Below are positions 1 through 13,164 of a stretch of 64,000 bases of DNA, piece after piece. The position numbers and the translations under genes were made by a program. Within the stretch, counting starts at the first letter, position 1, and every line of letters starts with the position of its first letter. The notes under the pieces are model-generated. The model was given only the letters and a program-made list of their open reading frames with translations, had not been told where the DNA came from and searched no databases. The stretch covers positions 3,550,613 through 3,614,612 of the forward strand of contig NC_092392.1 of the NCBI RefSeq assembly GCF_030028105.1, read 5' to 3'. The DNA is from Mobula birostris. Its lineage: Eukaryota.

Positions 1-339
1 TCAAAGACTGCAGCAAGAAGTTCAAAATTCTTTGGTCGCACCTTCATTCCTGGTCACAATGCCAGCAGGGGCAATCCTGAAAATTCCCTTCGTCAAGAAC
101 CATCCCTCTTCGTCCGATGTCTCTCTTCATCACCCACTCTCTGAGGAAGACACCCTTGATAATCCATTGCCCCCGCAGCCACGCTTTCCTCTCCCATTTT
201 CCTCTACAGCTTCTAATGGTGTTTGCTTCAGACCTGTCCCCATTGGTCCAGTCGGGTTTCTGCCTCTGCCCACAGTGACTGCCTGAAAGCATAAATGTGC
301 TCTGACTGTGGTTTATTATCTCCGTGTCCCTGTAGCACC

Positions 340-620
340 TTGCTGGTCTGCAACACCCCTCCACACCCCAACCACCACTACTTTATCATTTCCACTCAGT
401 CACTTTACACACAGACATTCCTCTGGACATCCTAGCAACACTTTGTGGACATTCTGTGTATCTTATGTATTTATATTTATGGTGCTTTTTTAAAAGTGAT
501 TGTGTTCTTTATCCTATTGTGTTTTTTTGTGCTGCATCAGGACCCAGAGTAACAGAATAATGATTTTGTTCTCCTTTACCCTTGTGTACTGGAAATGGCA
601 TTAAACAATCTTGAATCTTA
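340..620 (+). mobile_element. 3' end of a LINE (Rex1/L2-like tail)
   Basis: T-rich 3' UTR-like sequence ending in taaacaatcttgaatctt, a short tandem tail. Confidence 0.45.
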
Positions 621-1008
621 ACCACACTAGCATCTCTTCTGTTGTCTCATTTAGTGGAACTGCTCTTAGATCAGTTTTACTGTTAACAAGCAGAGATAAA
701 CTGTTAAGATGGCAAAGAACATCCGGGAACGTCTTCCTTCACCACAGCAAGTCCTTCACACCATGACTTCTACAGTTCTGAAAGATTACATCCCTGGCCT
801 CTTCCTACAGCTGAATGCTGTGCTGCTCGTTGCAGTTATGACATTAAACTAGTGCATGTGAGCTGCTGACACCTGGCTCCTGCTCTCAATACTGCCACTG
901 ACTATGTGTTGTTGCACTGCCTGTTATAAGGTGATCGGTAATTTCCTTTGATTGAAAACTAGGGAAATATAAATCATTACTTTCAGTCCCCAATACCGTT
1001 TGATTTTG

Positions 1009-1120
1009 GAGTCCAGATGAAGGGTCTCACCTGAAATGTTTCCGTCCACAGATGCTGCCTGGCCTGTGGCAGGTTGTTATTTGCTGCAGATTCTAGTATG
1101 TGCAGTCTCTTGTGTCTCCA
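1009..1120 (+). mobile_element. Penelope-like pseudo-LTR fragment with degenerate hammerhead
   Basis: gagtcCAGATGAagggtctcacctGAAAtgtt followed by gatgctgcctggcctg, shared with the other copies. Confidence 0.6.
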
Positions 1121-2255
1121 GCATAGTTTGACATGAAAACATGTCTACCACATTTCACTGTATGTTTCGACGTACACATGATAAATAAATAAATGAATCT
1201 GCACCTGAACCTGTTCACTCCCGTCTAAAGGCATTTGAACCGAGTTTCCACCACATATTCTTAGCACACTCCCTTTATGTCTTATCCCTGCTGTACAATT
1301 GTCTTTGATCCAAACCCTAGTTGCCTCCTGATCTCACTATTCCAAAGCTCTGCTGGAAAGTCTCTCATTTTCCATTGACTACCCAAGCACGTCCACACTG
1401 CATTGCCGACATTCTAAGCCCTGCTGACCAACCAGCCCCATCTCTGACTCTGTTCTCGTTGGCACACGTTAGACTCTCTGCCAATGTTAAAAGTTCTACC
1501 CTTCTACTTAAATCCGAATGGCCTCAACATCTTCTCCAGCTTGCCAAGAAATCTATGGTTCTTCAGTCCTGTGCAGTTCCAATTGTTACCTTACAAATCC
1601 TTGGATATCCTCAATCAATTTTGCACTCTTCATTTAAGACCTTCCTTGAATTGTATTCCTGTAACCAAGATCTTGATTTACTGACCTTTTCAGCTAGGTA
1701 TTGATATTTGGTTCATTATATTTATATGAACCACCTTGGGAATTTTTCTGGCAGCAAAGATTTTACGCAAGTCTGAGCTGCTGTTTTAATACAGATATCA
1801 CAACAGACAAACCATGAAGAAGAGGCCTCATAACGTGCATGCAGTAATTAATGCAGAGCACAGTAGTTAATACATTTAGATGTTGTGGAACTTGCACAAT
1901 GGCTCTTTTCCAGGGGAATGTTAGGGCTGTTAATTACAATTCTTAATTTAGGTGATTAAAACACTGCAGATTAAAGCCATGTGGATCATGTACAGTAATT
2001 ATGTAAGCATTTAGACTTCTAAAGTATTAGCTCTCAAAATGCTTGGCTTATCAGCAGAGGTATGATAAATTTGCACGTGGCCTTTTAACTACTGAAACCT
2101 GGATTTGCTCCCGTTTGAGGGTTGAAATTTGAAGGACATTTCATTCATTTGAATGTGAGGGTCGCACAGGAGGTGAAAGCTAGGGAAATAAACACTTTCA
2201 GTGGGCTTACATTCATGTCTTTTAAAGGGCCTCATAAAGATGGTATGGGGAGTCT

Positions 2256-2450
2256 NNNNNNNNNNNNNNNNNNNNNNNNNNNNNNNNNNNNNNNNNNNNN
2301 NNNNNNNNNNNNNNNNNNNNNNNNNNNNNNNNNNNNNNNNNNNNNNNNNNNNNNNNNNNNNNNNNNNNNNNNNNNNNNNNNNNNNNNNNNNNNNNNNNNN
2401 NNNNNNNNNNNNNNNNNNNNNNNNNNNNNNNNNNNNNNNNNNNNNNNNNN
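2256..2450. other. Assembly gap (N run)
   Basis: Run of N. Confidence 1.
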
Positions 2451-2491
2451 ATGTATGTGTGTGCGTGCATGTTTGTGTGTGTGTGTGAGAC

Positions 2492-3170
2492 AAACACAAG
2501 AGATTCTGCGGATGCTGGAAATTGAAAGCAACACACACAAAATGCAGGAGGAAGTCAGCAGAGCAGGCAGCATCTGTGGAAAAGAATAAACAGTCGACGT
2601 TTCGGGCCAAGATCCTTCATCAGCACTGGAAGGAAAAGGGATGGAGTCAGATTAAGAAGGCGGGGACGGGGAGGAAGAAGTACAAATTGGTAGGTTGTGG
2701 GTGAAAACGGGAGGGGGTGGGTGTAGCAAAGAGCTGGGAAGCTGATTGGTGAAAGGGATAAAGGGCTGGAGAAGAGAGATTCTGATAGGAGAGGACAGAA
2801 AGACCATGGAAGAAAGGGAAAGGGGAGGAGCAACAGAAGGAGGAGAAGGGAAGGTGTGAGAGGGAAACAGGAATGGGGTACGGTGAAGAAGATGGGGGAG
2901 GGGAGAAATTACCAGAATTTCAAGAAATTAATGTTCATGCCATCAGATTGAAGGCTACCCAGGCAGAATATAAGGTGTTGCTCCTCCAAACTGAGTACAG
3001 CCTCATCTCAACAGTAGAGGAGGCCATGGACTGACATGTCAGAATGGGAATGGGAAGTGGAAATAAGATGGGTGGCCACTGGGAAATCCCACTTTTTGTG
3101 GTGGACAAAGCCAAGGTGTTTGACAAAACAAACTTCCAATTTCCCAATCTGTTTGTGTGTCTGAGCATGT
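2492..3170 (-). mobile_element. Penelope-like element 3' part (GIY-YIG C-terminus, purine/pyrimidine tract, pseudo-LTR)
   Basis: Homologous to 43330-44040, with the same GIY-YIG C-terminal remnant and pseudo-LTR with hammerhead. Truncated by the gap. Confidence 0.8.
2591..2628 (-). ncRNA. Hammerhead motif, near intact
   Basis: CAGUG CUGAUGA AGGAUCUUGGCCC GAAACGUC GACUG. Core intact, but the innermost stem I pair is mismatched and stem II is weakened. Confidence 0.6.
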
Positions 3171-3477
3171 NNNNNNNNNNNNNNNNNNNNNNNNNNNNNN
3201 NNNNNNNNNNNNNNNNNNNNNNNNNNNNNNNNNNNNNNNNNNNNNNNNNNNNNNNNNNNNNNNNNNNNNNNNNNNNNNNNNNNNNNNNNNNNNNNNNNNN
3301 NNNNNNNNNNNNNNNNNNNNNNNNNNNNNNNNNNNNNNNNNNNNNNNNNNNNNNNNNNNNNNNNNNNNNNNNNNNNNNNNNNNNNNNNNNNNNNNNNNNN
3401 NNNNNNNNNNNNNNNNNNNNNNNNNNNNNNNNNNNNNNNNNNNNNNNNNNNNNNNNNNNNNNNNNNNNNNNNNNNNN
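3171..3477. other. Assembly gap (N run)
   Basis: Run of N. Confidence 1.
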
Positions 3478-3680
3478 TTCATTCCTGGAATCATTCTCTG
3501 GACTCTCTCCAATGCCAGCACATCCTTTCTTAGATATGGGGCCCAAAATTACTCACAATACTCCAAGTGCGGTCTGACAAAATGTCTCCTAAAGCTTCAA
3601 CATTACATCCTAACTTTTATACTCTAATCCTCTTGAAATGAATGCTAATGTTGTATTTGCCTTCCTTACCACTGACTCAA
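3478..3680 (-). mobile_element. CR1 LINE ORF2 fragment
   Basis: Minus strand encodes LALERVQRMIPGM, matching the CR1 C-terminal region. Confidence 0.75.
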
Positions 3681-3929
3681 TGTGGTTGGCAAGGTTTCTA
3701 CTTTGTGATTGGCACTCACATGCTACACCCCCACCATTACTGAGGATGGGTTTGTTCTTAGAATCACCACCCTCCATTATCAGTTTAATTGTCCTTCAGT
3801 ACTAGTGAGATTGCCATTGTTTCGCTCTGTCCAGTAACATGTTATTCTTGTCGTACAGCACCAATGCAGTTCTGTCTTGTTACTTCATGAATTGCTGCCT
3901 CATTTTTTTTTTGGAAAGACTATGCTGCT

Positions 3930-4265
3930 GCTTCTCCGAGAGGACCAGAACCTTGCCGTGGGTTGGAGGCTTGCATACCTCACTAACCCAGAGAGCTATG
4001 TTGGCTGGAGTCTGGGCTTAATGCTTTGGCTCTTGCTAGGTTCACCCATGCCAAACAGGTCAAAGGGTAGAGGCCAGACTAAGAGTGGTTCACCGGTCCT
4101 CCAGGTTCAGGGGTTCAGCTCAGGGCTAACAACCCTGACTGGTAAAACAAAATTGTTAGGCAAACAGCAATGAAGAATTCTTCAAACGTTTGAATGGCCA
4201 AGGACAGACAGAGATGGAGAACTTTCATTGCTGCCCTAAACACCATCAGAGTGACGGGCAGTAGG
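3930..4265 (+). mobile_element. Probable RTE-derived non-autonomous element (5' UTR joined to 3' end)
   Basis: gggctaacaaccctgactggtaaaac (RTE 5'-UTR-like) followed by ggccaaggacagacagagatggaga...gttgctgccct-like RTE 3' terminus. Recognised by pattern only. Confidence 0.45.
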
Positions 4266-4849
4266 TGATTACACTGCTGCTACCCCAACCTACTACGTAG
4301 CTCAGCCAGGCACGAATGTAAAGCTAATGTGGTCGTGAGTCATTTTGGTAGACGTTTCTGCAGCCATGAGTGGAGCTTGTGTATGGAGACACAAAAGACA
4401 GCAGATGCTGCAATCAGGAGCAAAAGACAAATTGCTGGAGCAACTTACAAGGGCAGGCAGCATCTGTGGGGGAGATGCTCAGATGTGCCCACATTTTCAG
4501 CTGTCAGATCTGTTTGGAGACAATTCCATCAAGTGTGATATCTGTGCTCAGTGTGACGAGAGGATTTTGTCTCCACAACAACTATGCAAGGGTAATTTCT
4601 ACCAATATTATAACGAATGGACATATTTGCAACAGGTAGATTAAAGAGGATGATGCCAAAGAGGTTTATATTTCATGTCAGTTAATTCACTTTCTGTCAC
4701 AGACCCAAGTCCTTCAGAAGCTAGGCACCTCAGTCAGCGGTGGTCCCACAAAGCCATTCTTCAAAAGATATCCACTGTCAAATCAAATTCAAATGGTTCA
4801 ATTTAATATCAGAGAATGTAACCTGAAATTCTTATTCTACACAGTCATC

Positions 4850-5490
4850 CACAAAACAGAAAAAAAACAAAAAATGAATGACAGTAAATTGGTGATGTGA
4901 GTCCTGAGGCTCCTATATCTTTTACCCGATGGCAGCACCAATATAAGAGCATGGCCTAGGTGGTGACGATCTTTGATGATGGATGCTGCTTTCCTATGAC
5001 AGCATTTCGTGTAGATGTGCTCAATGGCTGGGAGGACTTTACCCATGATGTACTGAGCTGAATCCATTGTCTTTTGTAGAATTTTCTGCTCAAAGGCATT
5101 TATATGATGGGTGCAAGACAGGTCCTCTGAGATAGTGACTTCCAGGAATTTAAAGTTACTGACCCTCTCTACCTCTGATGGTACGATGAGGACTGGCTCA
5201 AGAACCTTTGGTTTCCCTCTTCTGAAGTCTACACTCAGTTCCTTGGTCTTGCTAACATTGAGTGCGAGGTTGTTGTTACGACAGCACTCAGCTCCCTCCT
5301 GTATGCTGATTCATCACCATCACTGATACGGTTCACAACAGTGGTGTCATCAGTGAACATGAATATGGCATTGGAGCTGTACTTAGCCACCCAGGGGTGT
5401 GAAGCGAGTTAGAGCAGGGGACTAAGCACACAGCCCTGTGGCATAACTCTGCTAATGGAGGTTGTGGAGGAGATGTTTTTGCTAATCCGA
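4850..5490 (-). mobile_element. Rex1/Babar-type LINE fragment
   Basis: Minus strand encodes SAQYIMGKVLPAIEHIY...KAASIIKD..H...LPSGKRYRSLRT, plus a ADDTT-like RT remnant near 5345. Confidence 0.75.
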
Positions 5491-6663
5491 CCTGCAGTAA
5501 AATGAAGTAATTAATATTCTATATCTTATTATTTCTGAAACAATTTTGAACTAGCTTTTAAACCTCTGTAACCCTATCCAGATCCCAATCAAAAATTTTG
5601 CACAAAAGTAGTACAGTATTAAAAATTTTAGTTTGAAGCTTCTCTCACAATTTGAGATTGCTATACTTACCAACATCTAGTATATTGCCCTGATTGTAGA
5701 ACGGTTTGGTGACACTTTGCAGTCTGACATTTGACTATCATCACACAAGCTAATCAACATTTTTTTTTAAATCTGGAAATCTTAAACATTAAAAAAATTA
5801 TTGGCAAATCTCAGCAGGCAACCTTCGTTGGAAAGGGTTACACATGAAATGTTAATTCCTCTGAGCTCTAACCTTAATCCTGCTGCACTTTCTTTAACAT
5901 TTTACTGATTTTAATCAGGTTAGAGAGGAAATAAATTGATTCCTTATTTAAAATATATCAAAGTATTTAATGTCACAGTGGCCCATAGGCTGAAAGCGCA
6001 TGTTGCAATCTGTGCCGTGGTATTTTAGCCGAAGGGGCAGTTTGATTTTAAATTTACTAGTTTATCAAAATTGAATCTCATTATCATTCACAATAGGATG
6101 ACTGAATACTGCACCTAGTGATTATCCATGATACTGTAATTTTATAGCAGGTTAAAACCCAATGCATCATGCGTGGCATATCAGGCAGTCATACATTTTG
6201 ACTGGGGCAACTGCCTTCATACAAGATATTGAACATGCTTTACAGATTAACATTCTGAATGGAGTCTAACATCTGCTGCTGTGGTTATCGAGTTGGCAAA
6301 ATTCAAATGACAAAAACAAAATGTCTGCTGTATAAATAAACCACAACATTAGGTCAGAGAAACCAACACAATTTGTAATAAATGGAACAGATTTAGATTA
6401 TAGGATTGAATGGACTCTGCGAATTAAAGTACAGCTAGAAGCTAACGAGCACACTTTAACCTAAAGTGTTTGATAACAACAGTGTCGCAAGCAGCACTAG
6501 TGGATGGCCAGCAGTAATTCACTTTCCAACCATTTTTCAAAGCTTAATTTCAGTGCTCATGCATTTTGCCGTTAGCAATGAGTATGGCTCTTTCTGCTCA
6601 CACAGGAACTGAAAATTGAGATGAAAGGGAAAGGATAAAACTGGATTTCTGATGCATAATGAA

Positions 6664-7110
6664 CTCAGTGGCCACTTTATTAGGTACACCTGCTCATTAA
6701 TGCAAATATCTAAACAGCCAATCAAGAGGTTCAGTTGTTGTTCAGACCAAACATCACAATGGGGAAACAATGTGATCCAAGTGACTTTAACCGTGGATTG
6801 ATTGTTGGTGCCAGACAGGGTGGTTTGAGTATCTGAGAAACTGTTGATCTTGGATTTTCAAGAACAAATAGTCTGAAGTTTACAGAGAATGGTATGAGAA
6901 ACAAGAACAAATATCCAGCGAGCAGTTCAGAGGAGAATGACCAAACTGGCTCAAGCTGACAGGAGGGTGACAGTAACTGAAATAATCACACATTACAACA
7001 GAGAGCATCTCTGAACACACAACATGTCGAGCCTTGAAGTGGATGGGCTACAGCAGCCGGAGACCAGGAACATACACCCAGTGGCCACTGTATTAGGTTC
7101 AGGAGGTAGA
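6664..7110 (+). mobile_element. Degenerate non-autonomous Tc1-like element(s), CTCAGTGGCCACTTTATTAGG terminus family
   Basis: The same terminus and internal sequence recur at 23250-23722 and 55622-56240, where the transposase N-terminal remnant DLDQGMIVGAR is visible. Confidence 0.7.
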
Positions 7111-7139
7111 ACTAGGGTGGATAACTGCAGCCACCTCAA

Positions 7140-8105
7140 ACAATGAACTGTCCACAATCTCCAAGTTTGCGGATGACACGAAGCTGGGTGGCAGTGTTAG
7201 CTGTGAGGAGGATGCTAAGAGGATGCAGGGTGACTTGGATAGGTTGGGTGAGTGGGCAAATTCATGGCAGATGCAATTTAATGTGGATAAATGTGAAGTT
7301 ATCCACTTTGGTGGCAAAAATAGGAAAACACATTATTATCTGAATGGTGGCCGATTAGGAAAGGGGGAGGTGCAACGAGATCTGGGTGTCATTATACATC
7401 AGTCATTGAAAGTGGGCATGCAGGTACAGTAGGCGGTGAAAAAGGCGAATGGTATGCTGGCATTTATAGCAAGAGGATTCCAGTACAGGAGCAGGGAGGT
7501 ACTACTGCAGTTGTACAAGGCCTTGGTGAGACCACACCTGGAGTATTGTGTGCAGTTTTGGTCCCCTAATCTGAGGAAAGACGTGCTTGCCATAGAGGGA
7601 GTACAAAGAAGGTTCACCAGATTGATTCCTGGGATGGCAGGACTTTCATATGAAGAAAGACTGGATGAACTAGGCTTGTACTCGTTGGAATTTAGAAGAT
7701 TGAGGGGGGATCTGATTCAAATGTATAAAATACTAAAGGGATTGGACAGGCTAGATGCAGGAAGATTGTTCCCGATGTTGGGGAAGTCCAGAACGAGGGG
7801 TCGCAGTTTGAGGATAAAGGGGAAGCCTTTTAGGACTGAGATTAGGAAAAACTTCTTCACACAGAGAGTGGTGAGTCTGTGGAATTCTCTGCCACAGAAA
7901 ACAGTTGAGGCTGGTTCATTGGCTATATTTAAGAGGGAGTTAGATATGGCCCTTGTGGCTACGGGGATCAGGGGGTATGGAGGGAAGGCTGGTGCAGGGT
8001 TCTGAGTTGGATGATCAGCCATGATCATAATAAATGGCGGTGCAGGCTTGAAGGGCCGAATGGTCTACTCCTGCACCTATTTTCTACGTTTCTATGTTTC
8101 TATGT
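7140..8105 (+). mobile_element. CR1 LINE, 5'-truncated, with 3' UTR and (TTTCTATG)n tail
   Basis: ISKFADDTKLGG; ORF 7436-8005 with LVRPHLEYCVQFWSP, RRLRGDLI, FFTQRVV..WNSLP. Confidence 0.92.
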
Positions 8106-9360
8106 AACCTACAGAGTCACTTCCACAACACAGGTTCCCAATTTTATTTATTTATTAATTATTTGTAAATTCCCTGTTTGTCTTTTTTTGCACTTGTTTG
8201 TCTGAGTTTGTTTGTATGTACTTTTTCATTGATCCTATTGTGTTTCTTTCTTCTACTGTGAATTCCTGCAAGGAAATGAATCTCAGGGTCATACATGGTG
8301 ACATATATGTACTTTGATAATAAATTTACTCTGAACTTTGATTAAATAAGAGGGTACAGTACATGGTCTATGATCTAAGGAGTATCAATAGGTACTGTAC
8401 CTGTTGAATCATTCTTTGTACCTATGAATAACATGGAAATGTGTTCCAAACATCTACCAGCTTTTGTCTAGCAGAAGTTGCTTCCAAACTTTCCTTCTAA
8501 AAAGCTGAGTGCAAATGTTTGACTCTATCCTTTAATCTTCTCTCAGCAGTGGAAATGGTTTCTCTATCTGCTTCAATTTCCTTAATTGCTTGCAAACTCT
8601 TAAGGTTCAAAGTTCATATTGATTACCAAAGTATGCATACCATGCTCAAATTTGAGATTCATGCTCTTGCAGGCAGTCACAAAGCAAAGGAACACAATAG
8701 AATCCTTGAAAAGCCCACACAACAAAGACGGTCAAACATCCAATGTGCAAAATAAAGAACAAATTGTGTAAATAATTGAAATAGTAAACATTAATACATA
8801 GAATATGTGTGGCAGGGTCCTTGAGAGAGGGCCACAGTATGGAGTCAGTTCAGTGTTGAGGTGAGTGAAGCTGGTCCAGGAACCCGATGGCTGCAGGCAA
8901 CACTGTTCCCGAAACTACTGGCTTCGGGCCTTAGACCCTTGCACCTCCTGCATGATGGTAGTAGTGAGGAGAAAGGGAGATGGGTCAAATGCAAGCAGAC
9001 GTGACAGGCTCAAGAGGGGATCCCTGGCTGGCACGAAGAAGAACACCAGATAGTTCTCCACTCACGATCCTCACCACTTTAATCTGGCTCGGTGCCTTAA
9101 TTGGTGCAGAGTAGAGAGGCCGAATATCGGTTCATTTTCCACTCTTGGGCCTTGACGCTTTATTCTGGCCCGAGGTCTGTGCCCCAGACAGTCATGCCAG
9201 CAAGTAAAATCAGGCTGCATGAAATCACTTTCCATCTTGGTAAACTTGAAGGGATCCTAAATTCTGCTGATAATCCTGTATCTTGGCTCCTGTTCACCAG
9301 TACTGGCTGTACTGTGAGATTTGTGTTGATTGGAACTACCTAATGTTAGAATGCTCAGGG

Positions 9361-9615
9361 AACAATAGACTGCAGACACTGGAATCAGGAGCAAAACAAA
9401 CTGATGGCAGGAGTCAGCGTGTTGAGCAGCATGTGTGAGGCAAAGTGGTTGTTACCATTCCAGGTCATCATCATGCATTGGGATATAGAGCCTGAAGCAG
9501 ACTCTCATCCCAAATGTTCACCATTCCTTTGTCTACATAGGTGCTTTTTGACCTTCTGATTTCTACCATCAGTTTATATTTCTCCCAGTTCTAGCGTCTG
9601 CAGCCCCTTGTGCTT
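9361..9615. mobile_element. Old inverted (hairpin) pair of Penelope pseudo-LTR halves
   Basis: Left arm ctgcagacactggaa...aactgatggcaggagtcag pairs loosely with right arm ctgatttctaccatcagttt...ttctagcgtctgcag. Confidence 0.55.
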
Positions 9616-9929
9616 TGAGAATTTTAACATTTAAGTGATTTCAACCAACATAATTCTCACATCAGTTTATTGTTTGTTAAAATTTGCAAGTGTCTTTCAT
9701 ATCTCTCTTCAGCCAACCCCCTTCCTCTTTAATCTCTTTCACCCTACAAATCTTCCACAATTTCTACATCTCCCCAGTTCCATTCTCTCAAATTTTTAAA
9801 AATCTTAATCACAGTCCCAGTGACAGCAATACCTTCATCTATTTCAGTGATGAGCACTGGAAATTGTTTCTTTAAATATTTTCATTGTTTTCTCCTTCTT
9901 TGATATTCTCTTTAAATCATATATCTTTG

Positions 9930-11345
9930 ACCAACAAGAACAAAAGATCAATAGATAGTTATGGGGAAGGACGGATGTTTCTGACCATGTAGTCTACTGC
10001 CAGGATCAAAAATGACGCAAAATGGCTGCAGACAATACTGAAAGGGTAGCATGAACACATCCAGACCAGGTCAACATGAAAACCAATGGCTGCAGGGCTA
10101 AAAAGGGGTGAGGTCATTCAAGGTCCTTTAGAAAAGGTATTAAAAAGCATAGAATTACTCCCAACACATATGTTGACAACTATGGAAAGAGCAGACAAAC
10201 GTTGATGCAGGCTGGCAGAGTGGGCTTAAGTTTTGTGAGACATTGACACAGTTACTGGCAGGATCTAATTGTTGTTGCAGAGCCACGGCTGCACCATGAG
10301 ATGGAAGTTCAAGGTGTTTGATATTTAGGGAGGATGGGCAAAAGAAGGAAAGGAGATGAGATAGCACTGTCGCTAAGGGATGAGATCAGCCCAATGGTGA
10401 GAAATGATTTTGGTTTGGCAGGGCATGATAATCAGTTTAATCATTTTGAGTGTATCTAAGAGTTGGTAAAGAGGAGGGTTGAGCGTGGCATGAAACAGGA
10501 AATTAGCTATGTATACAGCACAGAGTCACAGAGTTATATGACACAGAAATGGGCACTTCGAATGGTCCATGTCAACCTTTTTGTCATATTTATTAATCCC
10601 ATTGTCTACATTAGTAACATATCCTTCAATGCTTTCTCTATTTAGGTATTTGCACAATACTCTTAAAACATAATTATTGTATCTGATACCACCACCTCCT
10701 CTGGCAGTCATTCTAGATCTAAATCACAGCACATGCCTTTATGTGGATAATACAATAATCACGGAAGTACAATAATTCAATCGGTCAAGTTATATGTGAC
10801 GGATGAATTCATGGAACATTTACTAGATGATTTTCTCAATCAATGTGTTAAAAATCCATCCGGAGGAAGGGCTTTTTCAGAAATAAAACTGTGCAAGGAA
10901 GATGTTAATTAATAATCTTGTTGTAAAGGTGCTTTAGGGATGGGTGGCCAAAACTATGATATAATTTCACACTGAATCTGAAGTCGTAGCTCAGTTCAAA
11001 ACTAGGGTCTTAAATCTCCAAGAAAAACCAATAAAAGATATGAAGGTGAGTGGCTGTATTTGATTTATGGTTTAAGGTATGATAATAGATAGGCAATGGC
11101 TATCACTTAAAGAAATAATACTTGATTTGCAAAAAGAAGTTATTTGAAGGCACAAACACCCACTGGGGAATGTGATCCATCCATATATATAACAGAAGAA
11201 GTTAAAGATCATGTTAAATCAAAGGAAGAAGATATATGTAATAGATACCAGTTACCAGAGGAGCAGTAAGACTGTTGATTGCGAGCATTGTAAAACTCAA
11301 AGGATGAAGAAATTAATAAAGAAAGGGAAGGTACAATATGAGAGC
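9930..11345 (+). mobile_element. Highly decayed CR1 LINE (ORF1/endonuclease region)
   Basis: Scattered similarity to the CR1 at 62390-63070. No intact frame. Confidence 0.4.
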
Positions 11346-11358
11346 AGACTGTAAGAAC

Positions 11359-11960
11359 CCACCTTCCCCCTCACCTTGTCCTGCCTATCGCTTGCCAGCT
11401 TGTACTCCTTCCCCTTCCCACACTAATCTGCCCCTTTCCTTTCCAGTCCTGATGAAGGCAGAATGATAAGGTGCAGGAAGGGGAAGGGGTACAAACTGGC
11501 AAGACAAGGTGAGGGGGAAAGTGGGTCGATGGGAGAAGGGGATTAAGTCAGAAGCTGGGAGGAGACAGGTGTAAGAGGTGAAAGGCTGAAGAGGAAGGAA
11601 TCTGACAGAACAGTGGACCACAGAAGAAAGGGGAGCAGGAGGGGCACCAGTGGGAGGAGATGGACAAGTGAGGAGAAGGGAAAGGGGTTAGAGGCGACCA
11701 AAACAGGGAATGGAAAAACAAAGAGGTGGGGAGGGGAGAATTTAGTAGAAGTTAGAGAAACTGATGATCATGCCATCAGGTTGGAGGTTAACCAGAAGCA
11801 ATATCGGCTGTTGCTCCACCAACTTGCGTGTGACCTCATTGTGGCAGTAGAGGTCATGGATGGACATGTTGGAACAAGAATAGGAAGTCAAATTGAAATG
11901 GATGGCCACTAGGAGATCCCACCCTTTGTGGAGGAACAGAAACAAACAAAACCTGTAACA
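11359..11960 (-). mobile_element. Penelope-like element with inverted terminal segment
   Basis: ORF 11742-11945 reads VAIHFNLTSYSCSNMSIHDL...LVEQQPILLLVNLQPDGMIISFSNF (GIY-YIG C-terminus). An inverted repeat spans about 11359-11420 and 11478-11526, with a truncated cagtcCTGATGAagg between the arms. Confidence 0.75.
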
Positions 11961-12289
11961 AGCAAAGGATCAGCAAGGGGGACCGAAGGAAATGAATATC
12001 AGTAAAAACAACTGAATGCCATAAACCAAAGGATCCCAAATCTTTATCCAGGAGTTTTGGAAGTGTTAGTTGTAGATGTAATGAATGTTATGGTTATTAT
12101 TGTCTAAAACTCTATCAATTCTGGAGAAATGCTTGAAAATCTGAAGTAACATACGTAAGGTAATATGTGAAGAAAGGAAGGAGAGAGGAAAGGGCAATGA
12201 ACATACTAACTTGGGAGGTCTTCACAATCACCATCACCATTAACTGACTCTATACCCTACACTCCACCCCTCAAACACACACAAAATCA

Positions 12290-12730
12290 TCAGAATCAGA
12301 ATCAGGTTTATCATCACCAGCATGTGTCGTGAAATTTGTTAACTTAGCAGCAGCAATTCAATGCAAAACATATCACCAATCACCATTAACTGAATCTACA
12401 CCCTGCACTCCGCCCCTCAAACACACAAAATCAAGAAGAAGAAAAGTAACTAGGTAAGTCTACTACAGTAAGTATATATGTGTATATTAAACAGTCAAAT
12501 TAAAGATTGTGCCAAAACAGAAATAATATAATAAAAAGTGAGGTAGTGTTCATGGGTTCAGTGTCCATTTAGGAATCATATGGCAGATGAGAAGAAGCTG
12601 TTCCTGAATTGCTGAGTGTGTGCCTTCAGGCTTCTATACCTCCTTCCTGATAGAAAGAATGAGAAGAGGGCATGCCCTGGGTGATGAGGGTCTTTAACAA
12701 TGAATGCTGCCTTTCTGAGGCACCACTCCT
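12290..12730 (-). mobile_element. Rex1-type LINE 3' end with (TCTGAT)n tail
   Basis: cagaatcagaatcaggtttat tail; the 3' coding remnant matches 42110-42625 and 18555-19250. Confidence 0.75.
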
Positions 12731-12809
12731 CAGCAGGTCAACTAAACTGACTGGATTGCCTTATAGAGAACCATCATGGACCTGACAAGGTAAATGTCCT
12801 TCCTCTGTT

Positions 12810-13125
12810 CGGGCAGAGTCTAGGACCAGAGGGCACAGTCTCAGAATACAAAGACATCTCTTTGGGACAGAGATAAAGAGAAACTTCTTTAGCGAGAAGG
12901 TGGTGAACCTGTGGAATTCATTGCCACAGGTGGCTGTGAAGGCCAAGTCGTTGGGTATATTTAAAGCGCTGGTTGATAGGTTCTTGATTAGTAAGGGTGT
13001 GAAAGATATTGGGGAGAAGAACAGAGAATGGGGTTGAGGAGGATAATAAGTCAGCCATGATTGAATGACAGAGCAGACTTGATGGGCCAAATGGCCTAAT
13101 TTTGTTCCTATATCTTATAGTATTG
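12810..13125 (+). mobile_element. CR1 LINE 3' end
   Basis: tctaggaccagagggcacagtctcaga...ttctttagcgagaaggtggtgaacctgtggaattc, followed by the CR1 3' UTR. Confidence 0.8.
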
Positions 13126-13164
13126 TATAACTATAGATATTGAATGGGAAATCCTACAAAAGGT

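Noticed and set aside
2089-3627. Several 95-203 aa ORFs
   Set aside because: They exist only because they span N gaps.
5815-5860. Additional hammerhead copy
   Set aside because: Only gaaagggttacacatgaaatgtt remains; too degenerate to call.
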